Positions 7,301-27,453 of a stretch of DNA of 29,939 bases are shown here, one piece after another (the first letter of the stretch is position 1; every line of letters starts with the position of its first letter). The notes beneath the pieces are model-generated. The model was given only the letters and a program-made list of their open reading frames with translations, did not search any database and was not told the DNA's origin. The stretch covers positions 79,804 to 109,742 of the IMG/VR virus record IMGVR_UViG_3300012075_000001; one strand, written 5' to 3'. A program made the position numbers and the translations under genes. This DNA is from a virus. Its lineage: Duplodnaviria; Heunggongvirae; Uroviricota; Caudoviricetes.

Positions 7301-10067
7301 ACAGCTAGAAGCGCGAGCTGAGATTCAAGAAACTCGACGCCAGATTCAAGATCAGCAAAACCGACTTCACATCGTCACTGAAGGCGAAAAGCAAGACAAG
7401 GTTAATAAAGCCTCTGAAGAAGTCACCAAGCGTTACGCCAATCTATTCAAGAACGCAAAAGTTGGAGACACTGTTAAGGGCGTAAAAGTCACTGAAAGCG
7501 TTAAAAACTGGGCGGGTGCATACGAGTACAGCCAGTCTGGGGCTCGTTACGGTCATACAAATGTTCAAGCGCCTCGAATGCCTTATGAGGTCAAGGTTCA
7601 GTATGACAAAGCGGTTGGCCATCTTAAAAAGAACTATGGCCTGACTTCAGATGAACCGAAGAAGACTGGCGCATCAAGTGCCAAAGATACCCATGATTCA
7701 GCAACCCCGCTTGGATTCATGCCGGGAACTGGCAACCATGACATCAGCTCACCAACTTTAGCTACAAAGCCTAAACATGAAAAAGGCGCTGGGGGCTTTA
7801 ATCGTGAGTTCGAAAGTAAAGTCATGGGTATCAATGAAGGTTTGCTGGCAAAAATTGCCGAGCTAAACGTTCTTGATGATTCAATTCTTGAAAAAGGCGC
7901 ACCAGACTACGGCAAACTTGCCAAACTTTCATTCGTCAAAGAGTGGATGCAAGGTAATTTTGATGATGGTCGAGATCCAAAGAATCGTCCATTTGCTAAC
8001 CGTGGCTATCAAAAAGGTCGCACTTGGAAACAAGAGGACATTGATTGGAACGCGGTTGACCCGAAAACAGGCATTTCAGCTGACCAAATTGTTAAAAACA
8101 TGGCTCAAGTTCGCCAACTTGAAGACATGCACAAGTCAGTTCAATTCGCCGTTTCTAAATCAGCGAACGCAAACGAGAACTTCAAAGATTCGCTCGAAGA
8201 TGCAACGAATGACATAGACAATCAAAGTGACGCTTTGGCCGCTCTACGTCGTGAATATGCACGTTTTGAAGCGAAAAACCCGTTTGCTTACAGTGATCCT
8301 AATTACGTCGCAAATAAGAACTCATCGATTGCCTTACAAACTGGATCTGATTATTTGGGGTACGCTAAAAAAGCTAAAACTTCAAATAGCGAAGACTCAA
8401 CGGCATTCATTGACAATGAGTACGCCCACAATCAACAAACGGTCAACAAGAAGTTCAACGACCTGATCAAGCCATACAAGTTGATTCAATCTCAACTTGA
8501 CGAACAGATCGCCTCTCTTGAAGCCGTGCAACAACGCACACAAGAGCAAGAAGACCTCTATGCAAGCCTATTGCAGACGCGTAAGAACTTTGAGGAAGAG
8601 TTCACACAGTTCTACCGCAACCAAGAGGAAAAGCGTCGCCGTGAGTTAATGTCCACTTACGATCAAGCGATGATCAAGTGGCGTGATTACGAAACAACCT
8701 ATCGTCAAACAATCTCTGATCTTGGCGTGGAATTGTCAGACGGAATTTTCAGCAAATTCCTGAAGGGTGATGACGTTTCGCTTAATGGCATCTTGTCTGA
8801 CAGCGCTTCAAAAATCTCTCAAGGTGCATTCCGATATGTTTGGCAAGGCATGTCAAAAAGCGCACTTGGCGATGGGGCCGGCACAGACATCTACTCAATG
8901 GGCAAATCCTTATTTAAGGGTGAGGCTGTTGACGAGAGCGGCTTTGTAGGGAAGTGGCTCAACAAGATGCGTGGATTAACAGGGGTTGCCTCTAGTGATT
9001 CGTCCGCAGATTCTGCCGAAGCTTCAAACACAGTGGCGGTCAATGCCAATACTACCGCTATTCAGAACCTCACAGCCGCCTTGGGTGGTCAAACGGTATC
9101 TAGCGCAATTGGTGGTGTTGCTTCAGCTGTCGACGGTGGCGAACTAACTAACTTTGCAAGTGCTGTACTAGGCCCTGAAAATGTTGGCGCTGTTGATTAC
9201 GTCAATGGTTCTGGCGGCTTCCTTGACCAGCTCGCAGGCGGGTTTGAAGGTGGCGCAGGGATGGACCCGAACCTTCCAAGCTTCATGAATGGCGGCTTGA
9301 TGGACAAGGGAGTTGGAGGCTCTCTTGAAGGCGCTGACGGCGGCATGTTTGGAGGAATGTTTGCCCAGATTAAATCAGGGTTTACTGACCTCTTCGGGCA
9401 GGGCGAAAGCGGTGGAATCTTCTCAACCATCAAATCGGGCTTCTCTAGCCTATTCAGCGATGGAGGCGGATTGATGAACTCTATCGGTGGCGCCTTCAGT
9501 AGTTTGTTTGGTGGAGGAGCTGGCGGCGGTGGAATCTTCAGCAGCTTAGCAAGTGCTATCGGTGGATTGTTTAGCGGTGGCGGCGGAGGTGGAGCCGGTG
9601 GAGGAATGGGTGGCGCTGGTGGTTGGATTGGCACAGCTGTTTCGATTGCCTCTTCATTCTTCGCTAACGGTGGCGCTTTCGGTAGCGGTACCCACGCTTT
9701 TGCTAACGGCGGAGCTTTTACCAACGGGATTTACGACTCACCAACTTACTTCAAGTTTGCCAATGGCGGCAGCTTCTCAAATGGAGTAATGGGCGAAGCG
9801 GGGCCTGAAGCAGTAATGCCGTTGCAGCGTGACTCATCTGGTCGATTAGGCGTCGCTATGAATGGTGGCGTGCCAGCTGGCGGGGGAACAGTTGTAAGTA
9901 TCAACATTGAAGTTAACAACAATGGCGATACCACAACTGAGAACTCAACTGGCGGCGATAACGAGACTAACTGGAAAGACTTATCCAACAGAGTCAAGTC
10001 TTTAGTTCAGGAAGAGATCGTGAAGCAAAAACGACCAGGCGGAATGTTGCGTTCGACAAATCAGTAA
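4320..10067 (+). CDS. Tape measure protein (1915 aa)
   Basis: Very long helical/coiled-coil ORF after the chaperones. Has a hydrophobic middle segment, a Gly-rich block and the lambda-type C-terminal 'FANGG..GEAGPEAVMPL' motif. Confidence 0.95.
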   Translation: MIGGGDIKNSLTLDASQFDSAIEQSTKKANALEKELDNLSKQSTKLDSKLADTKQGMVELNRRFSDAEKTIGTTSKTFTDAQKKVGETTQNVDLLSRKLEKLTGTATQQKSAINSLKQITDHYGNTIDGLNPVLDRVRKTEERLGKSRIKHAGEGSEKEKTRWLERRRILAEEEQANQQSLKSREQLYKQYEALERKLETVKRNATTQANKYSTATTERGLAAYSNHTKKANAAEDQLATLRQTKIAIEQSVSMLKERNKELKNAIKITDDGLRLEREERDVLKEQNSLAKKRNETERERIRTVKDIEKAERDLASLKDRESKHQIANTKQEQRAAEQKVKAEEREINRLERVKERNHQSELARRRREAAETNRLNAEAAAAVTTVGAGAATVAGVHEAASYQDVEDRVRMLNLSPEEFNRFKDKSWDLASTEKYLSRTAAMQTRLDALTAIGYNKEPTIDKTISSASRNAYLMRSLGYENGTHSDVVKNLYGFAEARQVMDDPDEVNKSFDIARRMAVASGGKIKMADIETVARNIGDLRQTMSSEGWIKLAAVMEQFKTAGGGNGGGGGVSSVGTIFKMMSLYASGKPVTNTAALNLLGADVMNDAFADGTSQQFQNSREIQGAMMKAVKTAGFKDVKEMSKDPIKFFSGLRGQLLDYMMQDAQFKKFFGNVPKHSYNAEGRMVGANGQVVNQREQDDTENAAFKRFFAQSGMSNKTIDGMLLTMNRSFVERSNHAAQTAMGSQGELEAMQNLTENWNANIDILKASLADFAVTFEPLLAKLAEVPKFFASIIRSFSEFGKDNPTLATISLLTVGFGLLKVSAMATITPIRMLLGAVGLMSKSGSGVVNSLKNTVVAMGAAKTATNATKDSIGKAASEFTSFGMAAEKSAERANTGVKGFAGKLSGHLGSVKVFAGGALRLLGSLVNWAGWLLLAGQFGWAIGKWIGSLKVGGTEINSHIQNIVNDIVSNWDLMINSLKGAWLSFKEFFTGQQLEARAEIQETRRQIQDQQNRLHIVTEGEKQDKVNKASEEVTKRYANLFKNAKVGDTVKGVKVTESVKNWAGAYEYSQSGARYGHTNVQAPRMPYEVKVQYDKAVGHLKKNYGLTSDEPKKTGASSAKDTHDSATPLGFMPGTGNHDISSPTLATKPKHEKGAGGFNREFESKVMGINEGLLAKIAELNVLDDSILEKGAPDYGKLAKLSFVKEWMQGNFDDGRDPKNRPFANRGYQKGRTWKQEDIDWNAVDPKTGISADQIVKNMAQVRQLEDMHKSVQFAVSKSANANENFKDSLEDATNDIDNQSDALAALRREYARFEAKNPFAYSDPNYVANKNSSIALQTGSDYLGYAKKAKTSNSEDSTAFIDNEYAHNQQTVNKKFNDLIKPYKLIQSQLDEQIASLEAVQQRTQEQEDLYASLLQTRKNFEEEFTQFYRNQEEKRRRELMSTYDQAMIKWRDYETTYRQTISDLGVELSDGIFSKFLKGDDVSLNGILSDSASKISQGAFRYVWQGMSKSALGDGAGTDIYSMGKSLFKGEAVDESGFVGKWLNKMRGLTGVASSDSSADSAEASNTVAVNANTTAIQNLTAALGGQTVSSAIGGVASAVDGGELTNFASAVLGPENVGAVDYVNGSGGFLDQLAGGFEGGAGMDPNLPSFMNGGLMDKGVGGSLEGADGGMFGGMFAQIKSGFTDLFGQGESGGIFSTIKSGFSSLFSDGGGLMNSIGGAFSSLFGGGAGGGGIFSSLASAIGGLFSGGGGGGAGGGMGGAGGWIGTAVSIASSFFANGGAFGSGTHAFANGGAFTNGIYDSPTYFKFANGGSFSNGVMGEAGPEAVMPLQRDSSGRLGVAMNGGVPAGGGTVVSINIEVNNNGDTTTENSTGGDNETNWKDLSNRVKSLVQEEIVKQKRPGGMLRSTNQ
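9339..9630 (+). repeat. Gly/Ser-rich imperfect amphipathic peptide repeats in the tape measure C-terminal region
   Basis: GGMFGGMFAQIKSGFTDLF / GGIFSTIKSGFSSLF / GGLMNSIGGAFSSLF / GGIFSSLASAIGGLF, followed by poly-Gly. Confidence 0.7.
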
Positions 10068-10085
10068 AATTCAATCAAAAAGATC

Positions 10086-10099
10086 AGTCAGGACTGACT
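10086..10099. promoter_or_regulatory. Palindromic site 3 (AGTCA-GGAC-TGACT) overlapping the gpM ribosome-binding region
   Basis: Shared core located 4 nt before ATG 10104. The only SD-like sequence (AGGA, 10090-10093) lies inside it. Confidence 0.65.
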
Positions 10100-10103
10100 T
10101 ACT

Positions 10104-10433
10104 ATGTTAAACTTTCGATGGAGTCCAGATTTAGGCTGCGAGCGGGACGAAACCCCGCTCGTAACAGTCACAAAATTTGGCGATGGATATGAAGCAAGAC
10201 AAGCAACAGGCATCAACTCACAGCCGAATAAATGGAGCGTTCAGTTCACCAAGAACTTAAACGAATACCGAGAAATTCGAGCCTTCCTTAAACAGCATGG
10301 AGCAGTTAAGGCGTTTGAGTGGGTTGATCCAGAAGGCGAATCAGGACGATACGTCTGCCGGTCTTGGAAGAGCAAACAAGTTGGGTTCGGTGTACTTCAG
10401 ATAACGGGGGTATTCGAACAGGTATTTGAGTAA
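10104..10433 (+). CDS. gpM: Minor tail protein M (distal tail protein)
   Basis: FRWSPD..VTKFGDGYEARQATGIN..FLKQHGAVKAFEWVDP is the lambda gpM family signature. Follows the tape measure gene. Confidence 0.92.
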   Translation: MLNFRWSPDLGCERDETPLVTVTKFGDGYEARQATGINSQPNKWSVQFTKNLNEYREIRAFLKQHGAVKAFEWVDPEGESGRYVCRSWKSKQVGFGVLQITGVFEQVFE

Positions 10434-10441
10434 GGACACTC

Positions 10442-11152
10442 GTGAACATTCCAGTTGTAAACATTCAGACGGAGATTCAATCGCTTTCTCCGACTGCTGA
10501 GGTGGAGTTGTTTGTCATTGACACCACCATGTTTGAAAACGGCTCAATCATGCGATTTCATTCAGGAATTTCGCAGGGCTTTCAAGACATCATTTGGCAG
10601 GGCTTGAACTACAAGCCTATGCCAATTGAAAGTAGTGGTTTTGACAAAACGGCGCAAGGTACATTGCCACGCCCTAAGCTCAAAATTGCCAACGTTGGCG
10701 GTTTATTTTCAGCGATGGTTATCCAAATGGATGACCTAGTTGGTGCGCGTATTACACGTAAACGCACTTTCGCTCGCTACCTTGACGCAGTGAACTTCCG
10801 CAATGGAAACCCTGAAGAAAACCCCGACCAACACTTACCCGATGAAATGTGGCTAGTTGACCGCAAGGCAACTGAAACCAAAGACGTCATCGAGTGGGAG
10901 TTGGCGTCTGCTTTCGATTTCGACGGCATCAAACTTCCTTACCGTCAAGTTCTCAAGAACTCATGCGCATGGCGTTACCGTGGCCCTGAATGCGGTTACG
11001 CGGGCGGGTTCTACGACGAATTTGACAAGCCTACTACCGACATCAACAAAGATTGTTGCCCTAAGCGTTTCACTTCATGCAAAGCGCGTCAAGGCAGTGA
11101 TGTTGTGTTGACTTTTGGTGGAATGCCGGGAGTTCAACGTGGCGACGATTAA
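10442..11152 (+). CDS. gpL: Minor tail protein L (tail tip, Fe-S-binding Cys motif)
   Basis: GTG start. Motifs PRPKLKIANV, GARITRKRTFARYLDAVNF, CAWRYRGPECGY and C-terminal CPKRFTSCK..FGGMPG. Confidence 0.93.
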   Translation: MNIPVVNIQTEIQSLSPTAEVELFVIDTTMFENGSIMRFHSGISQGFQDIIWQGLNYKPMPIESSGFDKTAQGTLPRPKLKIANVGGLFSAMVIQMDDLVGARITRKRTFARYLDAVNFRNGNPEENPDQHLPDEMWLVDRKATETKDVIEWELASAFDFDGIKLPYRQVLKNSCAWRYRGPECGYAGGFYDEFDKPTTDINKDCCPKRFTSCKARQGSDVVLTFGGMPGVQRGDD

Positions 11153-11886
11153 TCCTAAAGCTCGTCAGTCTGTTGCTACTCGCATCCGTGAAATCGCTGA
11201 GCTTCGTTACCCATACGAAGCTTGCGGCTTCATTGTGGGCGCAGGCAAGAAGACTCTCGTTATTGAAAAGCAAAACGAAGCACATAACAAACGCGCTCAA
11301 TTTCTTATGAACCCCGAAGCTTGGATTGAAGCGGAGCAGGAAGGTGAGATTTTGGGCGTTTGGCATACCCATGTTGAAGAGCCAGCGCAACCGTCGCCAG
11401 CAGATTTAGCTGCTTGCGAAGAAAGTGAATTGCCTTGGTTCTTGATGAGCATTCACAAACGCTCTGACTGCTTCGAGTTCTCCGATCTTATTTATTTCGA
11501 ACCAAAGGGCTATGAACAGCCGTATGTTGGCCGCCCTTACGTTTACGGCACGTTTGATTGCTGGTCGTTAGTTGTTGATTACCTAAAGCGTGAACTAGGC
11601 ATCTCAATTAGCAATTCCTATCCACGTCTTGAAAATTTTTGGCTCAAGGATGAGACGAACTTTTTCGACACCCACTTCGCCAATGAAGGTCTTATCGAGG
11701 TCGATGGAGAACTTCAAAAGGGCGATGTTTTGATGTTCCAAACAGATGTCAGCGGTCACGCAAATCATGTCGGCGTCTTCATTGGAAACAATCAATTTCT
11801 TCATCACGTTCAAGGTCGCCTATCAACGATTGATACCTACGGCGGCTATTGGGAAAAGCACACCATCAGACACTTGAGACACGTAA

Positions 11887-11897
<11 letters not shown>
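11139..11897 (+). CDS. gpK: Tail assembly protein K (JAB/MPN plus NlpC/P60 domains)
   Basis: YPYEACG, WHTH..PSPAD (JAMM motif), GRPYVYGTFDCWSLV and HVGVFIG..FLHH. Start placed at GTG 11139 (GGGAG at 11128-11132). Confidence 0.92.
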
Positions 11898-24786
<12,889 letters not shown>

Positions 24787-24787
<1 letters not shown>

Positions 24788-25344
24788 TGAGAACTCGATA
24801 CATTCTTTCCGACGATGGCAAATGCATTGGCTCATTTGCTGGGTCGGAAGAAATGCTAGAACTCAACACTCAAGGAAAGAAATATACAGAAGTAAAACCC
24901 GCCAGTCCTAGTGACTGGTGGAGCTTCGAAGAAGAGTGCTGGAAACCAATTGGTGATAAACCTAGCGCTAATCACCAATTCGATTACACGGAAAAAGATT
25001 GGGTTGACCCAAGATCACTCGAAGAAATTAAAGAAGAGAAGTGGAATCAAATCAAGATTCAACGTAATCGACTTGAATTTGGCGGCTTCGAGTTCAATGG
25101 TAATACCTTTGACTCAGATATTGCGTCCCAAGGACGCATTGCTACAGCCGCATCGCTTGGTTATGAAATTGAATGGACGACCAAAGATAACACTTCGATT
25201 CTTCTGAGTTCAGATCAATTAAAGAGCCTACAAATCGCGTTAGCTCGACACGTTAATGAACTTCACGATAAAGCAAGAAAAGCTCGCGCAAAAATTACAG
25301 AAGCTTCAACCAAGGAGGAAGTCGAGGCGGTGACTCTCATTTAA
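24787..25344 (+). CDS. Tail fibre-associated/assembly protein (DUF4376-like C-terminus)
   Basis: Coupled to J by a TAATG overlap. Motifs 'KEEKWNQIKIQRNRLEFGGFEFNGNTFDSD..SQGRI', 'WTTKDNT' and 'ARAKITEASTKEEVEAV' match DUF4376-type proteins. Confidence 0.8.
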
Positions 25345-25352
25345 TATAATTG

Positions 25353-25385
25353 GGCAAATAATTTAAGATATAACAGTTATTTGCC
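25353..25385. repeat. Inverted repeat GGCAAATAA-N15-TTATTTGCC between the fibre operon and the lipoprotein gene
   Basis: Perfect 9-bp arms at 25353-25361 and 25377-25385 in an AT-rich spacer. Confidence 0.5.
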
Positions 25386-25419
25386 TTAATTATTTTAGAT
25401 TGAAATGACAAGTTCTCGG

Positions 25420-25425
25420 TATAAT
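25420..25425 (+). promoter_or_regulatory. Candidate -10 element for the lipoprotein gene
   Basis: Perfect TATAAT 40 nt upstream of ATG 25465. The -35 is unclear (TTGAAA at 25400-25405 is only 14 nt away). Confidence 0.45.
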
Positions 25426-25464
25426 TAAAGCAAATCTTTTGCGTTAAAAAGGAAAGTAGTTTTA

Positions 25465-25596
25465 ATGAAAAAATTGGTTGCTGCACTTGCTGTAATTGTT
25501 GTCTTGACTGGATGCGTTTACGACCCTGTTAACTACGACAAAATACACGACCAAGAGTTCCAAGATCACCTTAAACAAAATGGTGGTTCAGAATAA
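25465..25596 (+). CDS. Small lipoprotein (43 aa; not in ORF track)
   Basis: MKKLVAALAVIVVLTG|CVYDPVNYDKIHDQEFQDHLKQNGGSE: basic N-terminus, hydrophobic core and LTGC lipobox. AAGGA RBS upstream and a terminator immediately downstream. Confidence 0.85.
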   Translation: MKKLVAALAVIVVLTGCVYDPVNYDKIHDQEFQDHLKQNGGSE

Positions 25597-25627
25597 TAAA
25601 AAGCCCACGCAATGTGGGCTTTTTATT
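25595..25627. terminator. Bidirectional intrinsic terminator
   Basis: AATAAAAAGCCCAC-GCAAT-GTGGGCTTTTTATT, a perfect 14-bp inverted repeat with A and T tails, between convergent genes. Confidence 0.9.
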
Positions 25628-25645
25628 GTCAACACTCTAGGGTAA

Positions 25646-25828
25646 TTAGAGTTGAGCGGTAGGCTGCTCTTCAAGAACTAAATTAATACCAGTACCACCA
25701 GTGGCGCCATCATAAGTTAATTCCAAAGCCTCAACCTTACGGCCCGTTTGACTTTCTACAAGATTGACCTGTCCTAGTAACCAAGTAGTTAAATTCGCTT
25801 CCTCGCGAGTGATAGTTTTCATATTCAT
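25646..25828 (-). CDS. Small hypothetical protein (58-60 aa), the only credible minus-strand gene
   Basis: Fills the gap between the bidirectional terminator and the AT-rich divergent region. Protein-like acidic composition. The start may be the second ATG (MKTITREE..). Confidence 0.6.
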   Translation of the reverse strand: MNMKTITREEANLTTWLLGQVNLVESQTGRKVEALELTYDGATGGTGINLVLEEQPTAQL

Positions 25829-25879
25829 CCATGAATGTGAGTGTTTCGGAGTCTTGATTTTAACTACATCAAATCAATA

Positions 25880-25893
25880 AGTCACTACTGACT
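25880..25893. promoter_or_regulatory. Palindromic site 4 (AGTCA-CTAC-TGACT)
   Basis: Shared core followed 4 nt later by TATAAA (25898-25903). Confidence 0.7.
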
Positions 25894-25956
25894 GACGTAT
25901 AAATCAAAAATATAAGTTCATGTTTAATCCAAACCAATACAAATAGGCATCTATTC

Positions 25957-25970
25957 AGTCATTACTGACT
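25957..25970. promoter_or_regulatory. Palindromic site 5 (AGTCA-TTAC-TGACT) upstream of the lysis cassette
   Basis: Shared core followed 4 nt later by TATAAA (25975-25980). A TATAAT also lies at 25993-25998. Confidence 0.7.
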
Positions 25971-26029
25971 TACATATAAATTACAAACCGCCTATAATTC
26001 ATTCAACTTCAAGGAGTGAAGATTAAATT

Positions 26030-26347
26030 ATGACAGACCCATTCAGCACAGGAACCGATCAGGTCCAATGGTGGCATGTCCTGTTGGCTGCAATCACAGC
26101 AATGTGGGGAGGCATTGTTAACTACCTTAGCAAAGTTCAAGCGGGGCAAAAACCAACATTTGTCGGCGCAATGATTCACTTGTCAATGAGTGGATTTGCC
26201 GGACTTTTGTGTTGGTTACTATGCGCTCAATTCCAAGTGGCTGGTTTTATGACTGCAATCTGCACAGGTTTAGCAGGGCATCTAGGCTCAGAGTTCATCC
26301 GTTTGTTAGAGGCTAAGTTCGTACGCAAAATCAAAGGAGTTGAATAA
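26030..26347 (+). CDS. Holin (LydA-like / phage holin 3_3 type)
   Basis: 105 aa with multiple hydrophobic segments (WGGIVNYL, SGFAGLL, GLAGHLGS) and a basic C-terminal tail, directly upstream of the endolysin. Confidence 0.88.
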   Translation: MTDPFSTGTDQVQWWHVLLAAITAMWGGIVNYLSKVQAGQKPTFVGAMIHLSMSGFAGLLCWLLCAQFQVAGFMTAICTGLAGHLGSEFIRLLEAKFVRKIKGVE

Positions 26348-26919
26348 TGAGTGCTAATCCTGAATTACCGTGGATCGCAGAGGCTCGCCGTCACGTTGGG
26401 TTGGCTGAAATTGCTGGCCCGAAACACAATCAAACAATCGTTAAGTGGTTAAAGGATTTAAAGTCCGCTTGGCTTGATGATGAAACAGCATGGTGCGGAA
26501 CGTTTGTAGCTCACTGTCTTCAAACAGCGGGCTTTCAAAGAGGGGATGTCAATTCCCGTTCCAAAACTTATAAAGCCGGTTCAAGAGCCAAACCCGGCTT
26601 TTATCCTTTCAACTGGTATGCCGCACTTGAATACATGAAAGAGGGTGGCGTTAAGCTTTCAAAACCTTGTTATGGTTGTGTCGCCGTGAAAACTCGTAAG
26701 GGTGGTGGCCATGTTACTTTTGTTGTTGGTAAAACACCTACAGGCAAATTAATTTGCTTAGGTGGCAATCAGTCAAACAAAGTTTGTTTTGCGCTTTATG
26801 ACGTTTCAGATTTTGAAGCATTCATGTGGTATGGCAAAACAAGTACACCAGCTGCTCACCGTTATGATTTACCAGTTTTAAAAATGGTTTCAGTAACGAG
26901 TGTTGTATCAGAGGCTTAA
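26347..26919 (+). CDS. Endolysin, TIGR02594 family (NlpC/P60/CHAP-like Cys-His peptidase)
   Basis: PWIAEARRHVG..EIAGPKHN..DDETAWCGTFV..YGCVAV..GGGHVTFVVG..LGGNQSN. Confidence 0.9.
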   Translation: MSANPELPWIAEARRHVGLAEIAGPKHNQTIVKWLKDLKSAWLDDETAWCGTFVAHCLQTAGFQRGDVNSRSKTYKAGSRAKPGFYPFNWYAALEYMKEGGVKLSKPCYGCVAVKTRKGGGHVTFVVGKTPTGKLICLGGNQSNKVCFALYDVSDFEAFMWYGKTSTPAAHRYDLPVLKMVSVTSVVSEA

Positions 26920-26922
26920 TCT

Positions 26923-27081
26923 ATGCACTTACTACAAGGAACAAAACCTCTCAAAGTTTTTCTTGTTGTTGCACTGCTTGTAATTGTGAGTGCATGGAGT
27001 TATTTGCTTGGTTCAAACAATGCGGCCAATAAAGCAAAACAACAAGCTGAAACAGTTATCCACAGTCAAAAAATTAAGTGA
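26923..27081 (+). CDS. 52-aa membrane-anchored peptide in the spanin position (not in ORF track)
   Basis: MHLLQGTKPLKVFLVVALLVIVSAWSYLLGSNNAANKAKQQAETVIHSQKIK: one TM helix plus a short helical tail. GAGG RBS at 26911-26914. Confidence 0.65.
   Translation: MHLLQGTKPLKVFLVVALLVIVSAWSYLLGSNNAANKAKQQAETVIHSQKIK
27056..27064 (+). promoter_or_regulatory. DnaA box (TTATCCACA), left of the origin
   Basis: Perfect consensus in the same flanking context (CAGTTATCCACAG) as the box at 27598. Confidence 0.6.
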
Positions 27082-27109
27082 GTGTAAAGCTTGCTTAATT
27101 TTCATAGCT

Positions 27110-27209
27110 AAAACGCTCTAATTTCGCTAAATTCAGCTTTGTTTATGATAATTGATAAACTTTACCGATTTTTCTTAAACAGAGCTTAGAAGCGATTTAA
27201 GAGCGTTTT
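27110..27209. repeat. Long imperfect inverted repeat
   Basis: AAAACGCTCT (27110-27119) pairs with AGAGCGTTTT (27200-27209), and CGCT (27125-27128) with AGCG (27191-27194). Confidence 0.55.
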
Positions 27210-27229
27210 TAGATTCTCTTGGATACACG

Positions 27230-27335
27230 TTTAAACAAATTTAAATTTAAAATTTTTAAACCTGCTATAACATGTAGCAGAGCGGAATTTTTTTATAATA
27301 ATAAATTTAAATTCAAATTTTAAATTTATTCATAA
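27230..27335. other. AT-rich, palindrome-rich region, candidate DNA-unwinding element of the origin
   Basis: Nearly pure A/T tracts, a 12-bp inverted repeat AATAAATTTAAA/TTTAAATTTATT (27300-27330) and CTGCTA/TAGCAG (27262-27280). Confidence 0.55.
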
Positions 27336-27453
27336 GATCACATGCATGCATCTGATCAAACACCCTCTAGTGTTTATATACAATACCGTAGGTGTTTTAT
27401 AATAACTTATAGAGCATGCCTCAAAACTTTTAGTGGCAAGGGTTTGAGAAGGA

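Noticed and set aside
2983-10099. CsrA/RsmA-type GGA-loop hairpins at palindromes 1 and 3
   Set aside because: The other four copies have no GGA in the spacer, so a shared DNA dyad explains the set better. The idea is kept only as a side possibility for site 3.
10085-10112. XerD-like CTATGTTAAAC (and CTATGTTAGAT near 2965) suggesting pdif sites
   Set aside because: Each has two or more mismatches to the XerD arm, and no XerC-like arm lies 6 bp upstream.
25465-25596. Lipoprotein as the o-spanin
   Set aside because: It is upstream of the lysis cassette, separated from it by a terminator and an opposing gene, and its 27-aa mature part lacks the Pro/Cys-rich character of o-spanins.
27336-27357. 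Dam-methylation control of the origin as in P1
   Set aside because: Only two GATC sites in this stretch, not a clustered array; this is compatible with chance.
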